Below, in pieces: positions 7,869-16,116 of a stretch of DNA of 47,009 bases. The notes beneath the pieces were generated by a model. It was not told the origin of the DNA, did no database searches, and saw only the letters and a program-made list of their open reading frames with translations. The position numbers and the translations under genes were made by a program. The stretch lies in the NCBI GenBank assembly GCA_044866005.1, contig JBIOTN010000078.1:1-47009 (forward strand), read 5' to 3'. The stretch is from Candidatus Rokuibacteriota bacterium (GTDB taxonomy: Bacteria > Methylomirabilota > Methylomirabilia > Rokubacteriales > DASRDR01). How positions within the stretch are numbered: the first letter of the stretch is position 1; each line of letters starts with the position of its first letter.

Positions 7869-8647
7869 CCTGCGAAGAGTTTCGGGCGCGCCTGTCCCCG
7901 TACGCCGACGGCGAGGTCGGCGTCGACGAGACCCTCGCCGCGGACGCGCACGCCGCGCGGTGCGGCCGCTGCGAGGCCCTCGTCGCGCGCGAACGGCAGT
8001 TCCGCCAGCTCCTGCGGCGTCAGCCGCGGGAGTCGGCGCGCCCGGAGCTTCGCGCCCGGATCCTCGCGGAGTGCCGCCGGGAGGTGCGTCGGGCGCGGCT
8101 CCGACCCTGGCTCTGGGCCCCGCCCCTCGCGGCCGCGGCGGCCCTGGCGGTCGCGGCGCTCCTGCCGGCGACGCGCCCGGCCCCGCCTGTCGTCGGGCAG
8201 CTCGTGGCCGTTCACCTCGCGTACGCGGAGCTCGAGCGCCCGGCGGAGTTCGCCTCGACCGATCGCGCCGAGGTCGAAGAGTGGTTCCATCAGCGCGCGC
8301 GGCTTCGCGTCATCGTGCCGGACTACTCGTCGGCGGGGATCCGCCTGGTCGGCGGGCGCATCGCCGAGGTCCGCGAGCGGCGCGCCGCGTATCTCCTCTA
8401 CGAGAAGGGGCACACGCTCCTGTCGGTCTTCATGCTGCCCGTCCCGGCCGGTGACCTGCGCCTCACCGGCACGCGCAGGAGCTCCGGGGGGTTTGAGTAC
8501 TACACCGAGGAGCGGAACGGGCTCCGCACCGTCTCCTGGACGGAGGGAGAGTCGCTCTTCGGGCTCGTGTCCATGCTGGACTACGACGCCCTCTTCGAGT
8601 GCGCGGACCGGCTGCGCGCCGAGCGGGCAAGCCAACGTCCACTCTAG
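7865..8647 (+). CDS. Zinc-finger (zf-HC2/ZAS) transmembrane anti-sigma factor
   Basis: ATGA overlap with the sigma gene. MTCEE...HAARCGRC (HxxxCxxC), a TM helix and an extracytoplasmic domain. Confidence 0.9.
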   Translation: MTCEEFRARLSPYADGEVGVDETLAADAHAARCGRCEALVARERQFRQLLRRQPRESARPELRARILAECRREVRRARLRPWLWAPPLAAAAALAVAALLPATRPAPPVVGQLVAVHLAYAELERPAEFASTDRAEVEEWFHQRARLRVIVPDYSSAGIRLVGGRIAEVRERRAAYLLYEKGHTLLSVFMLPVPAGDLRLTGTRRSSGGFEYYTEERNGLRTVSWTEGESLFGLVSMLDYDALFECADRLRAERASQRPL

Positions 8648-8657
8648 GCGCCGCGCC

Positions 8658-9764
8658 GTGCGACTCCGCGTCCCCGCTCTCACGGTGGCGGCCGCCGGGC
8701 TGGCGCTCGGGATCGCCTGGGCCTGGGCCGGGCCGGTCACGCTCCGGACGGACGCGAGCAAGGCGCTCGTCCCGCTGGACGAGATCATCTCGGGCGGCCC
8801 GCCGCCCGACGGCATCCCCGCGATCGACCGGCCGGCCTTCGTGAGCCCGGCGGAGGCCGCGGGCTGGCTCACGCCGCAGGAGCCCGTCCTGGCCGTCGAG
8901 ATCGGCGGGGACGCCCGCGCCTACCCGCTCCAGATCCTGATGTGGCACGAGATCGTCAACGACACGGTGGGCGGGCGGCCCGTCGCGGTCACCTACTGCC
9001 CCCTCTGCAACTCCGGCCTGGCGTTCGATCGCGTCGTGGACGGGACCCCGTTCGACTTCGGGACCTCCGGGAAGCTCTACAAGAGCGACCTCGTCATGTA
9101 CGACCGCCAGACGCACTCCCTCTGGGCGCAGATGGAGGGGCGCGCCATCGTCGGGGAGCGCGCGGGCAGTCGCCTCGCCCGGATCCCCGCGAACACGATC
9201 GCCTTCGCCGAATGGCGGGCCGCCCACCCGCGGGGCAAGGTCCTCTCCCGGGAGACCGGGCACCGCCGGGCCTACGGCGCCAACCCGTACACCTCGTACG
9301 ACCAGCCGACGCTCCAGCCCTTCCTCTTCGACGGCCGGCCGGACCCGCGGCGCCCGCCGAAGGAGCGGGTCGTCGGGCTCACGCTCGGCGGACAGCCGCG
9401 CGCCTACCCGTGGCCCGTCCTGGAGCAGGCGCGCGTCGTCCACGATCAGGTCGGCGGCGAGCGCGTCGTGATCTTCTACCAGCCGGGCACGCTCTCGGCC
9501 CTCGACGGGTCGCGGATCGCGGAGTCGCGGGCCATCGGCGCGACGGCTGCCTTCAGCCCCGTGCTCGACGGCCGGGCGCTGACCTTCGAGCCCGCGCATG
9601 ACGGCTTCCGCGACCGGGAGACGGGGAGCCTCTGGAACCTCCTGGGCCACGCGGCCAAGGGACCGCTCGCCGGCAAGCGCCTGCGTCCCGTGCCCCACGT
9701 CGACGCCTTCTGGTTCGCCTGGGCCGCGTTCAACCCGACCACCACGATCCACGGGACGCCGTGA
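8658..9764 (+). CDS. DUF3179 domain protein, exported
   Basis: SGGPPPDGIPAID, RAYPLQILMWHEIVND, VTYCPLCNSG, FGTSGKLYKSDLVMYDRQT, FWFAW. Confidence 0.88.
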   Translation: MRLRVPALTVAAAGLALGIAWAWAGPVTLRTDASKALVPLDEIISGGPPPDGIPAIDRPAFVSPAEAAGWLTPQEPVLAVEIGGDARAYPLQILMWHEIVNDTVGGRPVAVTYCPLCNSGLAFDRVVDGTPFDFGTSGKLYKSDLVMYDRQTHSLWAQMEGRAIVGERAGSRLARIPANTIAFAEWRAAHPRGKVLSRETGHRRAYGANPYTSYDQPTLQPFLFDGRPDPRRPPKERVVGLTLGGQPRAYPWPVLEQARVVHDQVGGERVVIFYQPGTLSALDGSRIAESRAIGATAAFSPVLDGRALTFEPAHDGFRDRETGSLWNLLGHAAKGPLAGKRLRPVPHVDAFWFAWAAFNPTTTIHGTP

Positions 9765-10363
9765 CGGCCGCCGAGGAGCTCGTCTCCCTGCTCGAAGGGC
9801 TCGAACGCGCCGGCAGCTCGGTGATGGCGCTCGTTCGCGGGGGCCGGCCCGGGGTCCCGTGGACCCTCTACCCGAACGAGTGGGGGATCTTCGACCGCCG
9901 GACGCGCTGCCAGTTCTACTACCACGCCCACGCGGGCGCGGAGCACGAGGACGGCCACTTCCACATGGTCCGCCTCTTCCCGGACCACACCGTCCACGTG
10001 GCCGCGGTCTCGATGGCGCCGAGCGGCTGGCCCCGCGCGCTCTTCACCGTGAACCTCTGGGCGATCGGCGACGCGTACGCGCCTGCGGACGAGCTCAAGC
10101 GGCACGCGCGCCAGTTCCGGCTGTTCCGGGCGCGCGGCGACGCGCGTGTGGTCCGCTTCGTCAACCTCCTCTTCCGCGCCTTCCTCCCCGAGATCGAGTG
10201 GCTCCAGGACGAGAAGGAGCGGACGCTCGCCGCCTACCGCGCCGCGCACCCGGACGCCGACCCGTTCCAGGACCGCTCGCTCGAGGTCCTGAGCCAGATC
10301 GCGCTCGACGTCCGCGAGCGCCGCGAGGCGGGGGTGGCGGCCGTGCCGGGCCTCAGGGCATGA
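9761..10363 (+). CDS. His-motif hypothetical protein (DUF6969-like)
   Basis: GTGA overlap; QFYYHAH...EHEDGHFH...LFTVNLW. Confidence 0.72.
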   Translation: MTAAEELVSLLEGLERAGSSVMALVRGGRPGVPWTLYPNEWGIFDRRTRCQFYYHAHAGAEHEDGHFHMVRLFPDHTVHVAAVSMAPSGWPRALFTVNLWAIGDAYAPADELKRHARQFRLFRARGDARVVRFVNLLFRAFLPEIEWLQDEKERTLAAYRAAHPDADPFQDRSLEVLSQIALDVRERREAGVAAVPGLRA

Positions 10364-10935
10364 GACGCGCCGTCGTCCGGCTCCTGCTCGCCGCTGCCCT
10401 CGCCCTGGGCGGCCTTGCGGCCGCGGGCGCCGGGACGCCGGGGACCGGGCCGGCGCCCGAGCTGTGGCGCGCGGCGGGCGTCACGCGGATGGCCCGGGGC
10501 GTCGCGGCACGACCGTTCGTGCTGCCGGACCTCCGGGGCACGCCCGTTCGCCTCCAGGACTTGCGCGGGCGCGTCGTCCTGCTCTACTTCTGGGCCACCT
10601 GGTGACCGCACTGCGCGAGGGAGTTACCCTCGATCGACGCGCTGGCCCGTGAGCTCGGCGGCCGTGGCCTCACCGTCCTCCTGATCGATCTGTACGAGGA
10701 CAGAGACACCGTCGCGGCGGCCGTGGCCCAGCGGGGCTACACCGTGCCCGTCCTCCTGGACCGCGACGGGCAGGCCGCCGACGCCTTCGGCGTCCACGCC
10801 ACGCCGACGGTCTTCCTGATCGGACGCGACCGCATGATCCTCGGGAGCGCGATCGGACCCCGATCCTGGGACCGTCCGGAAGCGCGCGCGCTGCTCACGG
10901 CGCTCCTCGAGGCCACGCCGGTCCCGGCCCGCTGA
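10360..10935 (+). CDS. TlpA/ResA-like thiol:disulfide redoxin, putative selenoprotein (WUPHC, Sec82)
   Basis: ATGA overlap; signal peptide. FVLPDLRG...GRVVLLYFWATW-TGA(10603-10605)-PHCARELP...FGVHATPTVFLI continues in frame to 10935. Confidence 0.9.
10616..10632 (+). promoter_or_regulatory. SECIS-like hairpin
   Basis: CGAGGG-AGTTA-CCCTCG; loop 16 nt after the UGA. It includes a TTA codon, rare in such GC-rich DNA. Confidence 0.62.
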
Positions 10936-10994
10936 GAGCCGCGGCGGAGCCCGGCGGTCCAGAGAGCCGCTCGCGTGGCGTCCGCCGCCATCCT

Positions 10995-11861
10995 TCAGAC
11001 CGCCAGGAGGATGACGCCGACGACGATCAGGCTCGCGCCGGTCAGGCGCTGCGGCCGGTTCGGCTCGCCGAGGGTCACCACGCCGAGCAATGTCCCGAAG
11101 ACGATCCCGAGCTCCCGAGCGGGCGCCACGTAGCTGACCGGGGCCAGGCGAAGCGCGAACAGCACGAGGACGTAGCCCGACGTCATCAACAGCGCGACCG
11201 CCGGGATCGCCAGGCGGTTCGCGCGCCACTCTGCGGCGATCGCCCCGGGTCGCCGCGCGGCGGCCGGCGTGAGCAGGAGCGCGGCGACCGGGATCGTGAG
11301 GTAGGCGTAGAGGAGCGGGTCGGCCCCGCGCGTCACGTTCCACTTGTCCACGACCGAGTACGTCGCGGTGATGAGGCCCGTGAGCGCGGCGGGGCGGGCG
11401 TGGGGCAGGCGGAGGGCCCGGAACGGCGCGAGGAGGTCGGCGGTGGCGAGGCCCGGCAGGTGCAGGACGTAGACGCCCAGGGCGACGGCGCCGATCCCGA
11501 GCGCGCCCACGGCCGACGGCCGCTCGCCCAGGAGGAGGATCGCGACCGGCGGCACGAGCACCGGCGCCATGCCTCGGGCCAGCGGGTAGACGAGCGAGAG
11601 GTCGCCTCGCGCGTAGGCGGCGCCGAGGGCGCCGAAGTACGCGGCCCGCAGGGTCGCCGCCAGCGCGATCCCCGCCCAGAGCCCGGCCTCGCCGGGCCAG
11701 GCCGGGCGCCACCAGACGAGGGCGGGCAGGAAGAGCAGCGAGCCCGCCAGGCCCGTCCACCAGAGGAAGAGCGGCTTGTCCCGGCTCGCCTTCGTCAGGA
11801 GGTTCCAGACCGCGTGGAAGACGGCGGACGTCGTGACGAGGAGGAGGGCGAGGCCGGTCAC
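10995..11861 (-). CDS. EamA/DMT-family transporter
   Basis: SAVFHAVWNLLTK, GDLSLVYPLARG, VAPARELGIVFG...LGE; about 10 TM segments. Confidence 0.88.
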   Translation of the reverse strand: MTGLALLLVTTSAVFHAVWNLLTKASRDKPLFLWWTGLAGSLLFLPALVWWRPAWPGEAGLWAGIALAATLRAAYFGALGAAYARGDLSLVYPLARGMAPVLVPPVAILLLGERPSAVGALGIGAVALGVYVLHLPGLATADLLAPFRALRLPHARPAALTGLITATYSVVDKWNVTRGADPLLYAYLTIPVAALLLTPAAARRPGAIAAEWRANRLAIPAVALLMTSGYVLVLFALRLAPVSYVAPARELGIVFGTLLGVVTLGEPNRPQRLTGASLIVVGVILLAV

Positions 11862-11918
11862 GGCTCGCCGGCCGGCGGGCGAGCCGCCTCGGCCCCGGCC
11901 GCCGCGCGCCCGCGCGCC

Positions 11919-12443
11919 TCAGTGCTCGAGCTCGGTCCCCAGGGCTTCGTTGACGCGGTTGGTGAAGTTGGCGGCCGCGACGCTCAGCGTGAGCTGCACG
12001 AGGGCCTCCGGTGACAGATGGCGCTGGAGCGCCTCGACCAGCGCGGGATCCACCTGCACCTTCCGCGTCATCTCCTCGGCGTACCGGAGAACGAGCCGCT
12101 CGAGCTCGGAGAAGAGCGGGCTGGTCGCGTAATCCGAGAGCGCGTCGAGCTTCTCTTTGGGGACCCCGACCCTCTGCCCGAGGGCCGCGTTGTGGGTCGC
12201 TCAGTAACGGCAGCCGTTGAGCTGCGAGGCCTTCACGTACGCGAGCTGGCGGAGCTTGATGTCGAGCGCGCCCTCCCGGAGCGTCGGGTACCACTGGAGG
12301 AACGGCGGCAGGGAGCGCGCGTGGTGCGCCATCAGCTTGAAGAAGTTCCCGACGCGCCCCGTGGCCTTCTGCAGGCCGTCGTATGCCGCCTGGACCTCGG
12401 GGGGCGCCTGGTCGCGCTCCACGTAGGGAAGCCTCGCCGCCAT
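11919..12443 (-). CDS. Second AhpD/CMD-family protein, putative selenoprotein (CRYU, Sec81)
   Basis: LRQLAYVKASQLNGCRY-TGA(12201-12203)-ATH...FSELERLVLRYAEEMT...ANFTNRVNEALGTELEH-stop. The C-terminal half is absent from the ORF track. AAGGAG RBS. Confidence 0.88.
12167..12187 (-). promoter_or_regulatory. SECIS-like hairpin
   Basis: CGGCCCTC-GGGCA-GAGGGTCG: 8 bp, G-rich loop 21 nt after the UGA. Confidence 0.62.
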
Positions 12444-12556
12444 CGCTCTCTACTCCTTTGCCGTCGCCGCGGCTCCATCATGCGGCAACAGCCGGGTGAC
12501 CGTCCAGCGCGTCCCGCGGCGCGCCGCCGGCTGCGCACGGCGCCGCGTAGCGTGCG

Positions 12557-13219
12557 CTAGCGGCCGAGGGCCGCGGCGAGCGCGGTCAGGTCCGGCACCG
12601 TGAGGTCCGGCGTCAGCCCGAGCCCGTCGAGCGGCGCCTTCCCGCGGTTGACCCAGACGACCGGGAAGCCGTACGCTTTCGCGCCGATGACGTCCCAGCC
12701 GTTGGACGAGACGAACCCGATCGCCTCCTTGGGGAGGCCGAGTCGCGCGGGCCCCAGCGCGTAGACCTCCGGGGCCGGCTTGAACCGGCGGACCGCGTCC
12801 ACGCTGATGACGGCCGTGAGGAGGCTTCCGAGACCGGCGTGCGCCACGACGGCGTCGAGCATCTTCGGCGCGCCGTTCGAGAGGATGGCGCAGGGGATGC
12901 CCCGGAGGCGCTCCAGCACCGCGCGCACCTCGGGATACGGGTCCAGGCGCAGGTAGGCGTCCATGAGGCGGGCGCGCTGGGCCGCGCCGACCTCGAGTCC
13001 CAGGCGGCGGCACGCGAAGTCGAGCGCCGCCTCGGTGACGGTCCAGAAGTCCTCGTAGCGCCCCATGAGCGTGCGGAGCCACGTGTACTCGAGCTGCTTC
13101 GCGCGCCAGACGTTGGAGAGCGCCGCGGGATCGCTGGTGACCGCGCGGCCGGCCTCGATGACCGAGTGGACGTCGAAGAGCGTGCCGTAGGCGTCGAACA
13201 GGAGCCCCTTGACCTGCAT
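12557..13219 (-). CDS. Haloacid dehalogenase type II
   Basis: FDAYGTLFD, WRAKQLEYTW, LSNG, KPAPEVY, VSSNGWD. AGGAGG RBS before ATG 13219. Confidence 0.92.
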   Translation of the reverse strand: MQVKGLLFDAYGTLFDVHSVIEAGRAVTSDPAALSNVWRAKQLEYTWLRTLMGRYEDFWTVTEAALDFACRRLGLEVGAAQRARLMDAYLRLDPYPEVRAVLERLRGIPCAILSNGAPKMLDAVVAHAGLGSLLTAVISVDAVRRFKPAPEVYALGPARLGLPKEAIGFVSSNGWDVIGAKAYGFPVVWVNRGKAPLDGLGLTPDLTVPDLTALAAALGR

Positions 13220-13249
13220 CGCGCGCACCTCCTGGGGGCCGGCGTCGGC

Positions 13250-13278
13250 TTGCCAGCTCCGGGTCGAACCCGTACAAT
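13250..13278 (+). promoter_or_regulatory. Sigma70-type promoter TTGCCA-N17-TACAAT
   Basis: Near-consensus hexamers with a 17-nt spacer, ending 9 nt before GTG 13288 (near-leaderless). Confidence 0.65.
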
Positions 13279-13287
13279 GAGCGCGCC

Positions 13288-13521
13288 GTGGCGCGGACGG
13301 TCACCTACAAAGGCCACCAGATCCGGGCGCACGCCGTCCTGGTCCCCGACTCCGACGAAGGGGACTGGGCCGCGCAGGCGGTGGTCCGAGTCCCCGTCCC
13401 GGGCGGCGGGCGCGAGCAACGGCTTCCGGACCCCGACGACCGCATCTTCGCCACGCAGGAAGACGCCGAAGGCTACGCCGTCCACCTGGCGATGCGGTGG
13501 GTCGACCGGCACGGCCTGTGA
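13288..13521 (+). CDS. Small hypothetical protein
   Basis: 77 aa, GC3-biased codons, promoter immediately upstream, GTGA coupling to the next gene. Confidence 0.7.
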   Translation: MARTVTYKGHQIRAHAVLVPDSDEGDWAAQAVVRVPVPGGGREQRLPDPDDRIFATQEDAEGYAVHLAMRWVDRHGL

Positions 13522-13856
13522 CGCCGCGCCGGGCGCTCGGCTGCCTCGGGGCGCTCGGGCTCGCCGCCTGCGCGAGCTTCGCGCCCTTGCGCCAGCCCCC
13601 GCTCGCGCCATCGGCGGACCCGACCGCCGGCGTCAGCACGCGCGCCGACGCGATCGCGCGATTCGGTCCCCCGGACGAAGTGCGCGCCTCGGACCTCGGC
13701 GAGGTGCTGGTCTACCGCCGGCGCGTCGTCGTGGACGCCAACCCGAACCGCTTCTACGGCATCGATCGGGGCGCGCGGTTCGACCGGTACGAGCGTCTGT
13801 TCCTCTACCTGGACGCCGACGGCCGCATCGTCCGCTGGACGGCCGAGCCGGAGTAA
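13518..13856 (+). CDS. Hypothetical lipoprotein
   Basis: Lipobox LAAC; TRADAIARFGPPD resembles small SmpA/OmlA-like lipoproteins. Confidence 0.65.
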   Translation: MTPRRALGCLGALGLAACASFAPLRQPPLAPSADPTAGVSTRADAIARFGPPDEVRASDLGEVLVYRRRVVVDANPNRFYGIDRGARFDRYERLFLYLDADGRIVRWTAEPE

Positions 13857-14036
13857 TGTAGCGCGACCGAGCGGTGCGCCGTCAACCGGAATCGCGCTGT
13901 CATCGCGCCCGCCATCCTGGTCGCCGCCGACCCCGGTGATCGCCATCGTGGCGCGGCGGTGACCGCCGCCTCGCGGACGGACGGCACCCACCGCACGGCG
14001 CGAGCTCACCGCTCGTCGCCTCCAGGTGCGAGCCCG

Positions 14037-14062
14037 GGAATATTCCCATCGGGCTCGGGGTT
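14037..14062 (+). promoter_or_regulatory. ECF promoter GGAAT-N18-GTT
   Basis: GGAAT at 14037-14041 and GTT at 14060-14062, in an AT-rich patch upstream of doxX-merF-grx. Confidence 0.72.
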
Positions 14063-14181
14063 TTATCTTTACAAACCCGAGCCGGCGCGGAGCCATCGGA
14101 CGAGGCTCGCCGCGCGCAGCCGCTCGCCGCCCGGGGCGCGGACGGCCGGTGGGGATGTCGGCTCGCGTTGTGGAGGCCCCG

Positions 14182-14700
14182 ATGAGCGGGAATGTCGTTG
14201 GCCTGGACGCGCGCGTTCCGGGGTGGCCGCTGGCCCTGTTCCGGATCGCCTTTGGGATCCTCTACCTCGACATGGCCCTGCAAAAGGCGCCATGGAAGAA
14301 CTACGGCTGGCTCGGCGGGTTCATCGAGCAAGAGATCGCCCATCCCGCCGTTCCGTCGGTCGCGGCCTTCCTCAAGGCGGTCGTGCTCCCGAACCTCGCG
14401 GTGTTCGGGATGGTGACGTTCCTCGTCGAGATCGCTCTGGGCGCGGCGCTCCTGCTCGGCGTCCTGACGCGCCTGGTCGGGATCGCCGGGTTCGCCTGGC
14501 AGCTCAACATCGCCCTCCAAGCCTACGCCGTCCCTGGCGAGTGGTACTGGGTCTGGCCGCTCCTGGCGCTGCCCCAGCTGTGCTTCGCCTTCGGGGATGC
14601 CGGCCAGATCCTCGGAGTCGACCGCTGGCTTCAGCCTTGGCTCCGCGAGCGCGCCCACCAGGGCGCCAGCTGGGCCGGCCTCCTCGCGCGTGCGACCTGA
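14182..14700 (+). CDS. DoxX/DoxD-like membrane protein
   Basis: GGAGG RBS; LALFRIAFGILYL...K, EIALGAALLLGVLTR, LGVDRWL. Confidence 0.82.
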   Translation: MSGNVVGLDARVPGWPLALFRIAFGILYLDMALQKAPWKNYGWLGGFIEQEIAHPAVPSVAAFLKAVVLPNLAVFGMVTFLVEIALGAALLLGVLTRLVGIAGFAWQLNIALQAYAVPGEWYWVWPLLALPQLCFAFGDAGQILGVDRWLQPWLRERAHQGASWAGLLARAT

Positions 14701-14752
14701 CGGCGCCCGCGGCGGCACCGTCTCGGCAGCGCCGCCGATCCATCCCGACCGC

Positions 14753-14995
14753 ATGGACGCATCGAAGTGGTTTCGAATCGGCACCCTGGGAACGATCGTG
14801 GCCGCGATCTGCTGCTCGACCCCCATCCTGGCGCTGGTCCTCGGGGCCCTGGGGCTGAGCGCCTGGTTGAGCTCGGCCGACTACGTGCTGATTCCGACCC
14901 TCCTCGCGTTCGCGGGGCTCACCGGGTATGCCGCCTACCGCATGCGCCGGGAACGCCGGCAACGCCGGCCGGAAGCGTCGGCAGGTGAGCCGTGA
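14753..14995 (+). CDS. merF: MerF-like mercury/heavy-metal transport protein
   Basis: IGTLGTIVAAICCSTPILALVLGALGLSAW...DYVLIP matches the MerF pattern (vicinal CC in TM1). Confidence 0.78.
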   Translation: MDASKWFRIGTLGTIVAAICCSTPILALVLGALGLSAWLSSADYVLIPTLLAFAGLTGYAAYRMRRERRQRRPEASAGEP

Positions 14996-15219
14996 AACAG
15001 GTGGTCGTCTACTCGCAGCCCGGCTGACTCTTCTGCGGCAAGCTGAAAGAGTTTCTTTCAGCCAAGGGCGTGCCGTACGTGGAGCGGGACATCTCGGCCG
15101 ACCCGCAAGCGCTCGCCGAACTGTCGGAACTCGGCTACATGACGACGCCGGTCGCCAAGATCGACGGGGACGTGGTCGTCGGGTTCGACCGGCGGCGACT
15201 GGAGACGCTGCTCGCCTGA
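14992..15219 (+). CDS. Glutaredoxin/NrdH-like protein, putative selenoprotein (ULFC, Sec12); absent from the ORF track
   Basis: GTGA overlap with merF. Sequence: MKQVVVYSQPG-TGA(15025-15027)-LFCGKLKEFLSAKGVPYVERDISADPQALAELSELGYMTTPVAKIDGDVVVGFDRRRLETLLA. Confidence 0.9.
15042..15062 (+). promoter_or_regulatory. SECIS-like hairpin
   Basis: GCTGAAAGA-GTT-TCTTTCAGC: perfect 9 bp, loop 23 nt after the UGA, built from AT-rich codons. Confidence 0.75.
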
Positions 15220-15330
15220 CCGGCGCCTCCTCCCACCCTGCCGCTCGCCGCCTACGGCGGCAGCGAGCGCGCGCGGGAGCAGCCATGGGTCCCGCTGCTC
15301 GCCGCCGGCAAGGCGGCGGTCGATGCCGTC

Positions 15331-16116
15331 CTAATGCCGCCCGCGTGCCCGCTCCTTGACCGGCAGGGATTCCAGACAGGAGGTCCACCATCCGGTGCGG
15401 ATCGTCTCCACGAACTCCGCCGGCAGCCCTTCGCGCTCCATCTCCCGGGCCAGCGTCTCGTGGTCGTAGTGGACGGGGATGAACTCGACGGCGAGGTCGG
15501 GCGTGGCCGTGAGCAGCGTGTACCAGACGGCCGGCGTCCCGTCTTTCTCCGGCCGGCCGATCACGCCGACGTTGACGGCGTGCCGGCCGCTCGGCAGCGG
15601 GCGGTGCCACGTGAGCCCGGTGTGCGTGACGCACAGGACGTCGGCCGCGTGGTCGTCACAGAACCGCTCGAGGAGGCCCGTCGGCGTCGTGGTCTCCCAG
15701 AGGAACTCGTTGATCCGGCGCGGGGAGCCGTGACAGAGCAGGAGCCGCCAGGGCCCGAGCACCAGCCGCGCTGCCGGCGGGAGCGCGCCGAGCCAGCGGC
15801 GGTGCTCGGTCGCCGTCCGCGCGAGCGTGTACCGGTACGAGATCCGGGCGAAGTGGTTGTCGCGCGGATCGGTGTAGCCGCAACCGCAGTCCGGCGCGCC
15901 CGCCGCGATCGCCTGATCGTAGTTCCCCTGCACGCACCTCACGCCGCCTGCGTGCAGCAGGGGGAAGACGCGATCGGGATGCGGACCAAACCCACCCAGG
16001 TCACCCAGACAGTAGACGGCTTCCGCGCCCCGCGCCCGGGCGTCGCCGAGCACGGCCTCGAGCGCGAGGTGGTTACTGTAGACCCCACCGAGGAGGGCCA
16101 CCCGCCGCGCCGTCAA
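15331..16116 (-). CDS. Metallophosphoesterase (calcineurin-like) family protein
   Basis: GGVYSNH, CLGDLGGFGP, QGNYD, CHGSP, THTG, NVGVIGRP. The TTG start overlaps the upstream stop. Confidence 0.85.
   Translation of the reverse strand: MTARRVALLGGVYSNHLALEAVLGDARARGAEAVYCLGDLGGFGPHPDRVFPLLHAGGVRCVQGNYDQAIAAGAPDCGCGYTDPRDNHFARISYRYTLARTATEHRRWLGALPPAARLVLGPWRLLLCHGSPRRINEFLWETTTPTGLLERFCDDHAADVLCVTHTGLTWHRPLPSGRHAVNVGVIGRPEKDGTPAVWYTLLTATPDLAVEFIPVHYDHETLAREMEREGLPAEFVETIRTGWWTSCLESLPVKERARGRH

Noticed and set aside
8658..9764. DUF3179 as a selenoprotein
   Set aside because: This copy encodes CPLC with ordinary Cys codons and has no internal TGA.
14189..14217. Additional GGAAT...GTT match at the doxX start
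   Set aside because: The spacer is 21 nt and the match lies inside the CDS.
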